From NCBI GenBank assembly GCA_964410025.1, contig CAYPFA010000001.1:31401-95400 (forward strand): a stretch of 64,000 nucleotides of DNA, given 5' to 3'. Each line of letters begins with the position of its first letter. Position 1 is the stretch's first letter. A model generated the notes under the pieces. It was given only the letters and a program-made list of their open reading frames with translations, did not search any database and was not told the origin of the DNA. Position numbers and translations under genes: made by a program. The stretch comes from Candidatus Woesearchaeota archaeon. Lineage in GTDB: Archaea > Nanobdellota > Nanobdellia > Pacearchaeales > GW2011-AR1. This document shows, piece by piece, positions 8,866 to 18,361 of the stretch.

Positions 8866-10881
8866 ATGCAAAAAAGAGAAAAGGTGATCTTCGCATTTTT
8901 AGGAATGCTAGTTTTAAACATTTTAGTAGCATCTGCCACGATTGAAATTACACAACCACTAGAAACATACAACTTTGGAGATTCAATTTTCACAACGGTA
9001 ACGCTAAACCCCCAAACAGTTTCTGGAAGTTTTGAAATCAATCTTTTCTGTGAAAACAAAACAGCCAATTTCTATAAAATAGCGCCAGCAGATGGGGCTT
9101 TTTCAGCGAATAAAGAACAAAAAATAAATCACAAAATAACATTAACAAAAGAATTTATCGAAAATCTTTCAGGGAAATGTAAAATTATTGTAATCCTAGG
9201 CAAAGAATCAATCTCCTCCAACGAATTTTTATTAACAAAGGAAATTACACTAACGACAAAAACAGATAAAGCTATATATAATCCTGGAGAAAAAATAATC
9301 TGGTCTCTAGAAGCACAAAAAGCAAATGAAATGCCACTTAACGGATTTGTAGAAATTTCTAGTAATATAACAAATTCAGCTAATGAAGTTATAGGCGGAA
9401 AGGCAACAAACTCATTTACTCTAGAAAATAATGCTAGAGCAGGAAGATACGAGCTTTCATTTTTTGCATACGATAAAGACGAAAATGGAATTTTAAATGA
9501 AAAAAGACAAAGCCTATTCTATGATATTAGGCAAGTTCCAACAAAAATAGAAGCAAGCATGTCTTCGCTTGAAGCAACACCTGGACAAAGCTTTGAATTT
9601 GGAGTAGATTTATTCGACCAATCTAATGAGAAAATGCCCGGAACACTTTCCTCTATTTACACTTCGGAAAAAAATGACAATAAACAAATTAGTGCCGAAT
9701 CAGGTTCAGTTGTAAAAATAGACTTTGCACAAAATGCAACACCTGGAAAATATTCTTTAGTGGTTTCACAAGGTAATTTAAAAACAACTAAAGAATTTTC
9801 ACTTAAAGAAGTTCCAAAATTAGACATTCAATTTTTAGAAAATTCTTCTATACTTCTTATAAGAAACATTGGAAACGTAATCTACAACAATAGTCTGGAT
9901 GTTGAACTAGGTGGAAAAATTACAAAAATAGAACTTAACTTAGCAGTTGGTGAAGAAAAGAAGTTTAACATAAGAGCTCCCGATGGATCCTACGATGTTA
10001 CGGCAACAAGCGGAGATTCCACAACTAAAAAGAATTTATTATTAACTGGAGACGTTATTTCAATTAGAGAAGGAAGCGGAACAATTATTTTTGAAGCAAG
10101 TCCATATATCTGGTTTTTCATCGTATCAATATTTTTATTATTAGGAACTACAATTTTTATGAAAAACAAAAAGCGAACGTTTAAATCCGAAGAAAGGTAT
10201 GGAAATGTTGTAGAGGAGAGGCCAACCTTAGAGCAAGTTAGCAAAAAAGCACATATGCAAAAACAATATCTCGATCTATCTCAACCAAGAATTAGTGAAG
10301 CAGAGTCAAATATATCTATGACAGGAAGCAAAGATTTCTGTTCTATAGTTTCGTTAAACATAAAAAATTCTAACGTTCTTGGCACCGAAGGAAACAGTAA
10401 AATAAATGAAATTTTAACAGAAGCTAAGTCTAGACTTGGTGTAGTAGATTGGAAAAGTCAACATGCTTTAATTATTTTCTCACCATTATTAACAAAGACT
10501 TACAATAATGAAATACTTGCAGCAAAAACTGCTTTTGAAATTAAAACAAAGATAGATGAATATAATAAAAGATTCAAGGATAAAATAGTCTATAACATAG
10601 GAATCCATGCAGGAGAGATGATTAACACTTTAATTAATGGAAAACTTAACTACACAAGCCTTGGAAATACTATAATCCTTGCAAGAAGAATTTCAGATTT
10701 AACAAATGAAAAACTTTTGGTCTCCGGAACATTTAGACAAAAATTATTAAGAGAATTAAAAGTTCAAAAAATAGAACATAAACTTGGCGACGTAGAAATT
10801 TATGAAGTTCAAAGAATCGCAGACATTGCTGCAAACGAAGAAAAACTTAAACAACTTTTAAAGAGAACAAATTTTAGTTAA
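8866..10881 (+). CDS. single-pass membrane protein with a large extracellular region and a cytoplasmic class III nucleotidyl-cyclase-like domain
   Basis: ATG 8866 is preferred over TTG 8845. It has an N-terminal signal anchor, about 420 aa of beta-rich ectodomain and one TM (YIWFFIVSIFLLLGTTIF). The C-terminal IGIHAGEM and GNTIILARRISD resemble cyclase catalytic motifs, but the first metal-binding Asp position reads SLNIKNS. Confidence 0.55.
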   Translation: MQKREKVIFAFLGMLVLNILVASATIEITQPLETYNFGDSIFTTVTLNPQTVSGSFEINLFCENKTANFYKIAPADGAFSANKEQKINHKITLTKEFIENLSGKCKIIVILGKESISSNEFLLTKEITLTTKTDKAIYNPGEKIIWSLEAQKANEMPLNGFVEISSNITNSANEVIGGKATNSFTLENNARAGRYELSFFAYDKDENGILNEKRQSLFYDIRQVPTKIEASMSSLEATPGQSFEFGVDLFDQSNEKMPGTLSSIYTSEKNDNKQISAESGSVVKIDFAQNATPGKYSLVVSQGNLKTTKEFSLKEVPKLDIQFLENSSILLIRNIGNVIYNNSLDVELGGKITKIELNLAVGEEKKFNIRAPDGSYDVTATSGDSTTKKNLLLTGDVISIREGSGTIIFEASPYIWFFIVSIFLLLGTTIFMKNKKRTFKSEERYGNVVEERPTLEQVSKKAHMQKQYLDLSQPRISEAESNISMTGSKDFCSIVSLNIKNSNVLGTEGNSKINEILTEAKSRLGVVDWKSQHALIIFSPLLTKTYNNEILAAKTAFEIKTKIDEYNKRFKDKIVYNIGIHAGEMINTLINGKLNYTSLGNTIILARRISDLTNEKLLVSGTFRQKLLRELKVQKIEHKLGDVEIYEVQRIADIAANEEKLKQLLKRTNFS

Positions 10882-11522
10882 TGATACGTGCAATCTTCTT
10901 TGATTTTGATGGAACAATCTCTGATACTCATTCTTTTATTTCAAAAACATTTATAGAGATACTCGAAAAAGAAAAATACTTCGTTGACAAATCAAAAATA
11001 AATTCCATAATGGGCGAGAAATTCCAGCACATGCTAAAAGATCTAGGAATAGTTGCTGAAATTGACTCATTAAGAAAAAAATTCTATAATCTACTAATAC
11101 AAAGAACAAAAAAAGAAAAACTCAAACCTTGCGTCTCTCTAGCGCCATTAAAAACACTTTCTAAAAAATATCCACTAGTAATAATCTCGAACGCAGAAAC
11201 CATATTTACAAAAATGCAAGCAAAAAAATTTGGCATAATAAATTTATTCAAAGAAATACGTGGCGCAGAAACTTTCGAAACAAAAGACAAAATAATGAAA
11301 CAACTTTTCAAAAAATATAAACTAAATCCCAAAGAAGTAATCTATATTGGCGATAGATTCTCCGACGTAGAATATGCAAAAAAAGCAGGCTGTTGGGCCG
11401 TTGCAATACACAACAAATGCTCTTGGAGTACAAGAAAAATAATTCTTGCAGAACACCCAGACTTTATTGTAAAAGATTTTTATGGACTAGAAAGAGTTAT
11501 TGAAAAGATAAATTCTATTTAA
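10881..11522 (+). CDS. HAD-superfamily phosphatase
   Basis: FFDFDGTISDT (motif I), ISNA, GDRFSDVEYAKKAG (motif IV). Confidence 0.75.
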   Translation: MIRAIFFDFDGTISDTHSFISKTFIEILEKEKYFVDKSKINSIMGEKFQHMLKDLGIVAEIDSLRKKFYNLLIQRTKKEKLKPCVSLAPLKTLSKKYPLVIISNAETIFTKMQAKKFGIINLFKEIRGAETFETKDKIMKQLFKKYKLNPKEVIYIGDRFSDVEYAKKAGCWAVAIHNKCSWSTRKIILAEHPDFIVKDFYGLERVIEKINSI

Positions 11523-12024
11523 GCGCTTCATATATTTCATTATAACTTTTCTCCCACTCTTCTGGCTGTCTCTTAAAAACAATTTTATCCACAGGTCCCT
11601 TTTTCACAAAAATTTCTTGCGCTTCAGTAGGATACATTATTCCAGTATATGCAATAACAAAAAAATCTCTGCCAAGTTTTTTTTTAGCAGCCTCCTTAAT
11701 GGCAGAAATAATATTCAAACTTCTTCCATAAGATCTCGTCAAAGATTCTACTCTTGTGTCAGTCGGCACCCGAAAAGCATGAATATCTGGATCAACATGG
11801 GTAATCATTGCTGAAAAAGGATTCTCTGCTCTTTCTACCAAGCCAACTAAAGAATAGCCACATCTCGTTATATCCAACTTTTTTTGCAACTCGTAATCGA
11901 TAGATAATTTATCTACGATTTGACTTTCTGCCATAAAAAGACTTCTGGTCCTGTCTTCATAATCTCTAGCAACCCATAAAACTCGCGGTTTGGTATCTGT
12001 CATAACAATAGTTAAAAAAATCAA
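11515..12024 (-). CDS. hypothetical protein
   Basis: 169-aa ORF with no recognised motif. Its 3' end overlaps the HAD gene stop region. Confidence 0.45.
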   Translation of the reverse strand: MIFLTIVMTDTKPRVLWVARDYEDRTRSLFMAESQIVDKLSIDYELQKKLDITRCGYSLVGLVERAENPFSAMITHVDPDIHAFRVPTDTRVESLTRSYGRSLNIISAIKEAAKKKLGRDFFVIAYTGIMYPTEAQEIFVKKGPVDKIVFKRQPEEWEKSYNEIYEALK

Positions 12025-12061
12025 CTAATAAACATTATCAATATAGAATATATTTTTGATA

Positions 12062-13108
12062 TTATTTGTTTCCATAAGCATCTTCATGAAGTTTGTGAAT
12101 CTCTTTATCGTCTCTTATATGCTTGAGCAGAATATTCAATTCCTTTGCAACTGCACCCTTCAAATCCATTGGGTGAAGTTTCTTCTCAACATAATCCTTT
12201 TCTACTTCTATATACGAACTATATTCTTTATTTCCACCAAACTTTTCAGGCCTAGTTATTACAAATTTCTCGTTTCTATCACCTTTTATTACAAATATTA
12301 AATATTTCAAAAGAGCCATAATACCATTTTCAGGATCTCCCTCAACGCATTCTGCTTTGTTAATTTTCTTAACGACATCTTCTTCTGTTTCCAAGGTATC
12401 TATTTTTGTCGACGGAATACTGGAACTCATTTTCATACCAACCAACCCTCTAATCATAGGATTCATTAATTCTATTCTTGCCTGATAGCCTATTTTTGGA
12501 AGATATTCTCTTGCGTAAACCATTATTTTTCTTTGGTCCATTCCGCCAAATTGCGCATCTACTTGTAAATATTCTTCATCTAAAGCTTGCATTAATGGAT
12601 AAATTATTCCGGACATTTTCGGATTGTCACCTAATTTTACAACTTCTGCTGCTGAATGTTTTGCATCATTAATTGTAGTCATTGTACTTAATCTCAATAA
12701 ATCGTGAAAATATTTGGGTTTAAGCTGTAGTTCGCTTCCTTTTACAAATTCTAATTTAGAAAGATCTACTCCAATTGTTTCTAGAACTAGTGTAATCATT
12801 TTCTTATAATAATTATATCTTTTTTCCAAAACTTCCCAAGGGACACTATCGAGTGCAGCATGCAAATCAGCCAAAAGTATTTTAACTTTTAATCCTGCTT
12901 TTAAAAAATCCGCGACTTTCATCATCGGGAAAAAATATGCTATCGAGATACTTCCAGTCGGCATTGTTCCCCAATACAAAGAAACCTCTTTTTTAGATGC
13001 TAATAATTCTTTAAGTTTATCATCGCCAATAATTTCCTGGAGATTTCTGCTAACCAAACTATATCTTTCTTCCACGCTCATTTCTGTCTTCTTAACCATA
13101 CAAATCAA
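12062..13108 (-). CDS. tyrS: tyrosyl-tRNA synthetase (archaeal/eukaryotic type)
   Basis: KMSSS loop, [38 protein letters not shown] and LHPMDLK. Colinear with archaeal and eukaryotic TyrRS as I recall them. Confidence 0.9.
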   Translation of the reverse strand: [348 protein letters not shown]

Positions 13109-13190
13109 TCACTTTCAAGTTATTTAAATCTTTTCAGAATAAATTTCTCCCCAAACAAACCTTTAAATATTACTTCCTCTTTAAAATTCT

Positions 13191-13586
13191 ATGAAAAGAA
13201 ATATCATTCCAATCCTTATTTTTTCAATAATCGGCAGTTTATTTGCAGGCTACCTTAGCTACAAAAAATTAACGTCAAACACCTGCGTTCTTACCGAGGG
13301 CTGCGCCAATTTTCTTGGTTTACCAACCTGCGTTTACGGATTTTTAATGTTCTTTCTAATTTTTGCGTTAGCTCTAATAGTCATGACGGCAAATATCAAC
13401 CTAAGAAAACCAATAAGAATAATTTCCATAATTGGAATTTTATTTTCCGGAAGTTTTTCAGTTTATGAATTATTTTTAGCTCCATTTAATATTTTGAACG
13501 GCGCAAAATTCTCCCTACTTCTTCCAAGCTGTGTTTATGGAGCATTAATGTTCCTAATAATTTTTATTTTAGAAAGAAAAAAATAA
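13191..13586 (+). CDS. small integral membrane protein with conserved cysteines
   Basis: 131 aa and about four hydrophobic helices, with a duplicated LP[TS]CVYG motif and CVLTEGC. Function unknown. Confidence 0.5.
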   Translation: MKRNIIPILIFSIIGSLFAGYLSYKKLTSNTCVLTEGCANFLGLPTCVYGFLMFFLIFALALIVMTANINLRKPIRIISIIGILFSGSFSVYELFLAPFNILNGAKFSLLLPSCVYGALMFLIIFILERKK

Positions 13587-13640
13587 GAATTTCCGTCAAT
13601 TTTCCAAAAACTATTTAAATACAGATATCTATTTTATATA

Positions 13641-14420
13641 ATGAAGTCTTACGTAAACAAGAAAGTTTATTTAAAAAAAATTGGTGAATTCTCGGGTTAT
13701 AAATTCTGGTATGTTAAAGGAAACTGGGTAAGAACAAATATCGACCCTGCATTTTCAAATTTTGGATATAATAGATACATGCCATTCATTCCCGAGAACG
13801 AAATGTGGATTGACCAAGAAAATGGCGTAAGAGAATCACACTTTTTTATAAATAGTTTTTTAACAATACAAAAGGAGCTAAAAAAAGGAAAAAGCTACAT
13901 CGAAGCAGTTAGGATAGCAGATATGATTGAAAGAAGAGAAAGAAAGAAAGCAAATTTTTTAAAAAATATAAAAAAAATAAAAGTTAAAGAAAAACTTATC
14001 GAAAAAATCCATAAAAAAAGATTATTCAAAAAATATACAAAAAAACTCAAAATTTGGCAAGTTAAGGGACATTTAGTAAGAAGTATTTTTGATCTTGACT
14101 TCAATCAAGGCGGACACGGACTCGTTTATCCATTTGTACCACAAAATGAAGTCTGGATTGATGATGATACCTACAAAAAAGAAATACCCTTTGTGCTAAT
14201 TCACGAACTCCATGAAAGATATCTAATGTCCATCGGCTGGAAATACGATGTTCTAGGAAATGAAGGCCAAAAAATATTTGTACGGAAAGAACAGGGCGGG
14301 AAAAAATCAGCTCACTTTGCATCAGAAGCCCTTGAAAACGAATGCCGAAACAATCCTAAGAAAATAATGAAAGTTTTGTTAAAAGAAATTGAAAAGAATG
14401 AAAAAATTATAAAAGAATAG
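13641..14420 (+). CDS. hypothetical protein with internal duplication
   Basis: Two related modules: FWYVKGNWVRTNIDPAF...FIPENEMWIDQ and IWQVKGHLVRSIFDLDF...FVPQNEVWIDD. Confidence 0.5.
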   Translation: MKSYVNKKVYLKKIGEFSGYKFWYVKGNWVRTNIDPAFSNFGYNRYMPFIPENEMWIDQENGVRESHFFINSFLTIQKELKKGKSYIEAVRIADMIERRERKKANFLKNIKKIKVKEKLIEKIHKKRLFKKYTKKLKIWQVKGHLVRSIFDLDFNQGGHGLVYPFVPQNEVWIDDDTYKKEIPFVLIHELHERYLMSIGWKYDVLGNEGQKIFVRKEQGGKKSAHFASEALENECRNNPKKIMKVLLKEIEKNEKIIKE

Positions 14421-14541
14421 GGTTATTTTTAAAAATATCCAAGAATTTTATATCAAAACAGCCATAAAACTACTAATTTAGCAGTTATTCGGTTATTTTT
14501 AACCAAAAAAAGCTTATAAACTCTACTACTATATAATAATC

Positions 14542-15294
14542 ATGGAAGGCAAAATTGAAGAATTCAACAAATTTTTAAGACAAGTTAAGAAAGCAAGAAA
14601 CGAGTTGAAATTCCACAGACCTGACTTTTGGAACAAGAACAGAGTAAACTTTAAAAATAACATCAAAACATTAATAAGTTTCTATAAATTCCCAGAAAAC
14701 TGGACAGTTAATGTAATCGCTTCAACATTTCTACTAGATAAAGAGTCCATGCCTTTTGACAGTGATGTTTGGAGCTTCTCAGACGTGGTCTCGGCAACAA
14801 AAGAACAAGGCTATAATATAGTTATCTTCTTTAATAAAGCAGATCTAGAATTCCTTTCCTTACCCGCCCTACTACCGATAGTAGTTCACGAAGCAGAACA
14901 CGTTTACCAAGTTCCAAAAAACTCAAAACAATATGTTTTAGCTGGAGTTGATGACGAAATAAGTAGAGAATTAGAAAAAGGCGCAGATGCAGAAGTAAAA
15001 AAATACTCTGATGAATATAGGAGAGAAAATGTTTTAGAAAAAATAATGTTCTGTTATGACAAACAAAGTTGGACTGGAGCAAAAAAAATGATTGATTATT
15101 TGTATAACGAGGCAAAAGATGCTTTCGGTGGCGGTTATGATCAAGAAGTAAACAAAGAAGAATATGACGCCTTCAAAAAAGCACTTGAGGAAAAAGATAT
15201 TGATATTTTTATTGACCATTTTATTGACAGCATTGAAAAAATGGAAGCCGAAAAAGAGAAAGAAGAGAAAGATAAACAAGATAAGAAAGAATAA
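14542..15294 (+). CDS. HExxH-motif protein (putative zinc metallopeptidase-like)
   Basis: VVHEAEHVYQ motif and a charged K/E-rich C-terminal tail. Confidence 0.5.
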   Translation: MEGKIEEFNKFLRQVKKARNELKFHRPDFWNKNRVNFKNNIKTLISFYKFPENWTVNVIASTFLLDKESMPFDSDVWSFSDVVSATKEQGYNIVIFFNKADLEFLSLPALLPIVVHEAEHVYQVPKNSKQYVLAGVDDEISRELEKGADAEVKKYSDEYRRENVLEKIMFCYDKQSWTGAKKMIDYLYNEAKDAFGGGYDQEVNKEEYDAFKKALEEKDIDIFIDHFIDSIEKMEAEKEKEEKDKQDKKE

Positions 15295-15302
15295 TTATTA
15301 AT

Positions 15303-15548
15303 TTATCGTAGTTTTAAAGAATCTTCAAACTTTTCTGTCAAATCCCGAGGAACTTCTATACCATAAACTTTTGCAATTCTTGAACATTCCTCATACGCCT
15401 GTCTCATTTCCAAACGAGAAATATTTCTCTACGATTCATCTCTTCCTACAACAAATAACAATTTTGTATGCAAACAATCAATATCATCAGCCAAGCTAGC
15501 AAATTTTATGCCATCTTCAAACGAACCATAATCTACCCTAATTTTCAA
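15303..15548 (-). pseudogene. small ORF interrupted by one in-frame TAG
   Basis: Hand translation gives (TTG)KIRVDYGSFEDGIKFASLADDIDCLHTKLLFVVGRDES-TAG-RNISRLEMRQAYEECSRIAKVYGIEVPRDLTEKFEDSLKLR-TAA. That is 82 codons with TAG at 15431-15429. It fills an otherwise ORF-free gap. Confidence 0.35.
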
Positions 15549-15622
15549 TCAGTTTCACCATTTAAAAAACCGACGTTTTCACACTTAACAAATCTTTTTA
15601 AATAAGCTTTCTAAATAACTAT

Positions 15623-16540
15623 ATGGAAGAGGAATACGATCTATTAATTCTCGGCGGAGGAATCGCTGGCATGACTGCAGGAATTTATGGAGCTAGATAT
15701 AATCTAAAAACTGCAATCATCGCAAACTCTTTTGGCGGAACAGGAAATCTTGCTGGACATGTTGAAAATTGGCCAGGCTTTGAAGGATCAGGTGCAGATT
15801 TAATGAAAAAAATCGAAGAACAGGCAAAAACCAAAGGCGTAAAATTTATTCAAGATGAAATAAAACAAGTATCCAAAGATAAAGAAAAATTTTCAGTCCT
15901 AATATCCAACAAAACAATAAAAGGTAAAACACTTATTTTAGCGTTGGGAATGCAAAATAAAAAACTAAACATACCGGGGGAAAAAGAATTCTTAGGAAAA
16001 GGCGTTTCCTATTGCACAACCTGCGACGGAATGTTTTTCAAAAATAAAAATGTAGCAATTATCGGAGGCGCAGATTCTGCAGCAAAAGCCGCTTTATTTT
16101 TATCCGAAATAGCAAAAAAAGTTTACGTAGTTTATAGAAAAGGCGAAATGCGATGCGAACCAGTTGTTTTAGAAAAATTAAAGAAAAAACCTAATGTAGA
16201 AATCCACTATTTCTCAAATCCTGGAGAAATCATTGGAGACAAAAAAGTTAAAGCTCTAAAATTAAATAAAGAAGAAGGACAAAAAGAAATGACCCTGGAC
16301 GTCGACGGAGTTTTTATTGAAATCGGTGCAACACCCACAACTGAACTAATAAAACCTCTGGGAATTGCAACCAACGAAATTGATTATATTATCACAGATA
16401 AAGAAAGTAGAACAAATATCCCGGGAGTTTACGCAGCAGGCGACACGACAGACACAAAATTCAAACAACTTGTAGTTGCCTCAGCAGCAGGCGCAACTGC
16501 AGCAAAATCAGCTTTTGATTATTTAAAAGGAAAGAAATAA
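15623..16540 (+). CDS. trxB: thioredoxin reductase
   Basis: GGGIAGMTAG FAD motif, redox-active CTTCDG, second dinucleotide fold GGADSAAKAA, and AAGDTTD. Confidence 0.85.
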   Translation: MEEEYDLLILGGGIAGMTAGIYGARYNLKTAIIANSFGGTGNLAGHVENWPGFEGSGADLMKKIEEQAKTKGVKFIQDEIKQVSKDKEKFSVLISNKTIKGKTLILALGMQNKKLNIPGEKEFLGKGVSYCTTCDGMFFKNKNVAIIGGADSAAKAALFLSEIAKKVYVVYRKGEMRCEPVVLEKLKKKPNVEIHYFSNPGEIIGDKKVKALKLNKEEGQKEMTLDVDGVFIEIGATPTTELIKPLGIATNEIDYIITDKESRTNIPGVYAAGDTTDTKFKQLVVASAAGATAAKSAFDYLKGKK

Positions 16541-16541
16541 A

Positions 16542-16799
16542 TTAAACACCTTTCTCTAATGGTCGTGCCGATCTTCTTGATTCAGAATCACCAACCTGAT
16601 ATAAATATTCAAATTCTTTATAAGATTCAGTCACAGTTGGTCCAAAAGAATCTACCGCTCTTCAATTTCTAACCCTTCCTTGTTTTGCAGCAGTTAAAGC
16701 TCTCTGATAATGAGTCTCTACAACATCTGCATAATGATATAAATTATCTCCACCAACAACACCGCTAGACATTCTTATTCTGAATATTTTTCCAACCAT
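16542..16799 (-). pseudogene. small ORF interrupted by one in-frame TGA
   Basis: Hand translation from ATG 16799 gives MVGKIFRIRMSSGVVGGDNLYHYADVVETHYQRALTAAKQGRVRN-TGA-RAVDSFGPTVTESYKEFEYLYQVGDSESRRSARPLEKGV-TAA. That is 86 codons with TGA at 16664-16662. It lies directly downstream of rpl10e on the same strand. Confidence 0.4.
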
Positions 16800-16866
16800 A
16801 TTTTCTAAAGTTAAAACTCATTTATAAGTATTATTATGATAAACTAGGAAATAAAAATATTTAGAA

Positions 16867-17403
16867 TTACTTTCTTCTCTCGGTCTCAACGTGTAATGTG
16901 CAAGGCATTCTCGCTCTTGAAGAACCAATTAATTCTCTTGCTAATTTTTCATTCTTTGCACCGTTTAATGCAATAACAAAAATAGGATCTCCTCTCTTTA
17001 ACAAACATGCTCTTCCCATAGATTTACCAAAAGATAACGCCATACCAGTCTGCATACGGTCAGCTCCAGCACCTGTAAGCATCTTATTTTCTCTCATAAT
17101 GTGATGCGGATATGGTTTTACTTCAAGATAAAAATCCTTACCAACGCCTTCAGTCAAAAATCTATTCAAAAACTGTCTAACAGCTTCAAGCGCATTATCT
17201 CTTAATTGAACTGCATGCTTTGTTCTAATTATTAAAATTGTTTTATATTTTCCAGCAGCATATCCTTTCATATCGCCCATTCTCATTTTTGTCAAATGAA
17301 CATTTGGAACTGTTCTAATATAATTCTTACCTTTAACTTTAGACTTTCTTGTAAACGGAACTGTATATCTTCTAGAATAACATGATGCTTTTCGTAATGC
17401 CAT
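16867..17403 (-). CDS. rpl10e: 50S ribosomal protein L10e (uL16)
   Basis: MALRKASCYSRRYTVPFTRKSK N-terminus and a length typical of archaeal/eukaryotic L10e. Confidence 0.9.
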   Translation of the reverse strand: MALRKASCYSRRYTVPFTRKSKVKGKNYIRTVPNVHLTKMRMGDMKGYAAGKYKTILIIRTKHAVQLRDNALEAVRQFLNRFLTEGVGKDFYLEVKPYPHHIMRENKMLTGAGADRMQTGMALSFGKSMGRACLLKRGDPIFVIALNGAKNEKLARELIGSSRARMPCTLHVETERRK

Positions 17404-17404
17404 C

Positions 17405-17665
17405 TTACTTAAATTTTACCTCTGTACCAATAGATTGTCCGGGTAATCCTCTCTCGAAAATTGCTCTAACAACGCCCTTGTTTCCATGAGCTGCTACTAC
17501 TTTTCCTTTAATTTCCGTTTTTGTAGGTGAAGTCCAAACTACTTCTTTACCGACGAATTTCTTTCCCTTGTCTCTATTGTCAGAACCTTCAATTTCAATT
17601 AAGAAATGTCTAGGATGGTAAGTCTTTCTTCCTCGTCTAAACTGTACTACAATTGCGTTAACCAT
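17405..17665 (-). CDS. rpl35ae: 50S ribosomal protein L35Ae (eL33)
   Basis: 86 aa with the HPRHFLIEI ... GKVVAAHGNKGVVRA pattern. Separated from rpl10e by 1 nt. Confidence 0.85.
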   Translation of the reverse strand: MVNAIVVQFRRGRKTYHPRHFLIEIEGSDNRDKGKKFVGKEVVWTSPTKTEIKGKVVAAHGNKGVVRAIFERGLPGQSIGTEVKFK

Positions 17666-17794
17666 GATTATCCTTAATAAAATTGGTTTTTAAACCTTAC
17701 GAGAGACAACTCGAGTCTTTACGTGCAAGCAAACCGCTTTGAGACAAGTTTAAATTAAAACATCCTCGACATTACCTTTTAAAACTTACAATTA

Positions 17795-18340
17795 TTACTT
17801 ATTTAAAAATTCTTCAAAAGCCCTTATAGCCTTATTTCTTTGCGAACAAAAATCCTTTTCCTCAGCGGTCATTTGAGCATAAGTTTTCGTATTTTCATTT
17901 GGCACAAATATTTGATCCCAACCTTTTTTAAAACCATTAGTTCCAATTGGCAAAACTATTTTACCGTCAGTTATTCCCTGTATACAAACCGGCTCTTTTC
18001 CTGGTTCACAATATCCAATAGAGGTTATTGCTTTTGCCTTATTATTTTTTGAAGCCAAAAGCGTTTTCACAAGTTTTTCATTTCCCATATTTTCTAAAAA
18101 ATGTTTTATATATGGTCCCGGCAACCACCCCCATTCATCAAAACATAAAGAAGTATCGTCGACAAAACACGACTTATTAATTACTTGACACGCAAGTTTT
18201 GCCTTTTCCTTAACTATCTCTTCGGGAGTTCCTTGAAGTTCTGGTAAATCAATTTTTTTTCTATCAAGCTTAAAAGAAATCATTCGTTGAAATTCTAAAA
18301 ATTTATCCTCGTTTCCTGTAATAAAAATAATTTCTTTCAT
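17795..18340 (-). CDS. non-canonical purine NTP pyrophosphatase (Ham1/RdgB ITPase family)
   Basis: IIFITGNEDKFLEF N-terminus, FVDDTSL, and a GWDQIF-type C-terminal motif. Confidence 0.8.
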   Translation of the reverse strand: MKEIIFITGNEDKFLEFQRMISFKLDRKKIDLPELQGTPEEIVKEKAKLACQVINKSCFVDDTSLCFDEWGWLPGPYIKHFLENMGNEKLVKTLLASKNNKAKAITSIGYCEPGKEPVCIQGITDGKIVLPIGTNGFKKGWDQIFVPNENTKTYAQMTAEEKDFCSQRNKAIRAFEEFLNK

Positions 18341-18361
18341 TTCTAAAAAGTTATTTATTAT

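Noticed and set aside
15303-16799. Alternative genetic code, or selenocysteine/pyrrolysine recoding, to explain the in-frame TAG and TGA
   Set aside because: TAG terminates the well-delimited DsbD-like gene (2610-2612). TGA terminates conserved genes such as 4733-5458 and 6282-7394. There is no Cys next to the TGA (no CxxU), and no pyl or sel genes are seen. Pseudogenisation, a sequence error or local readthrough remain the options.
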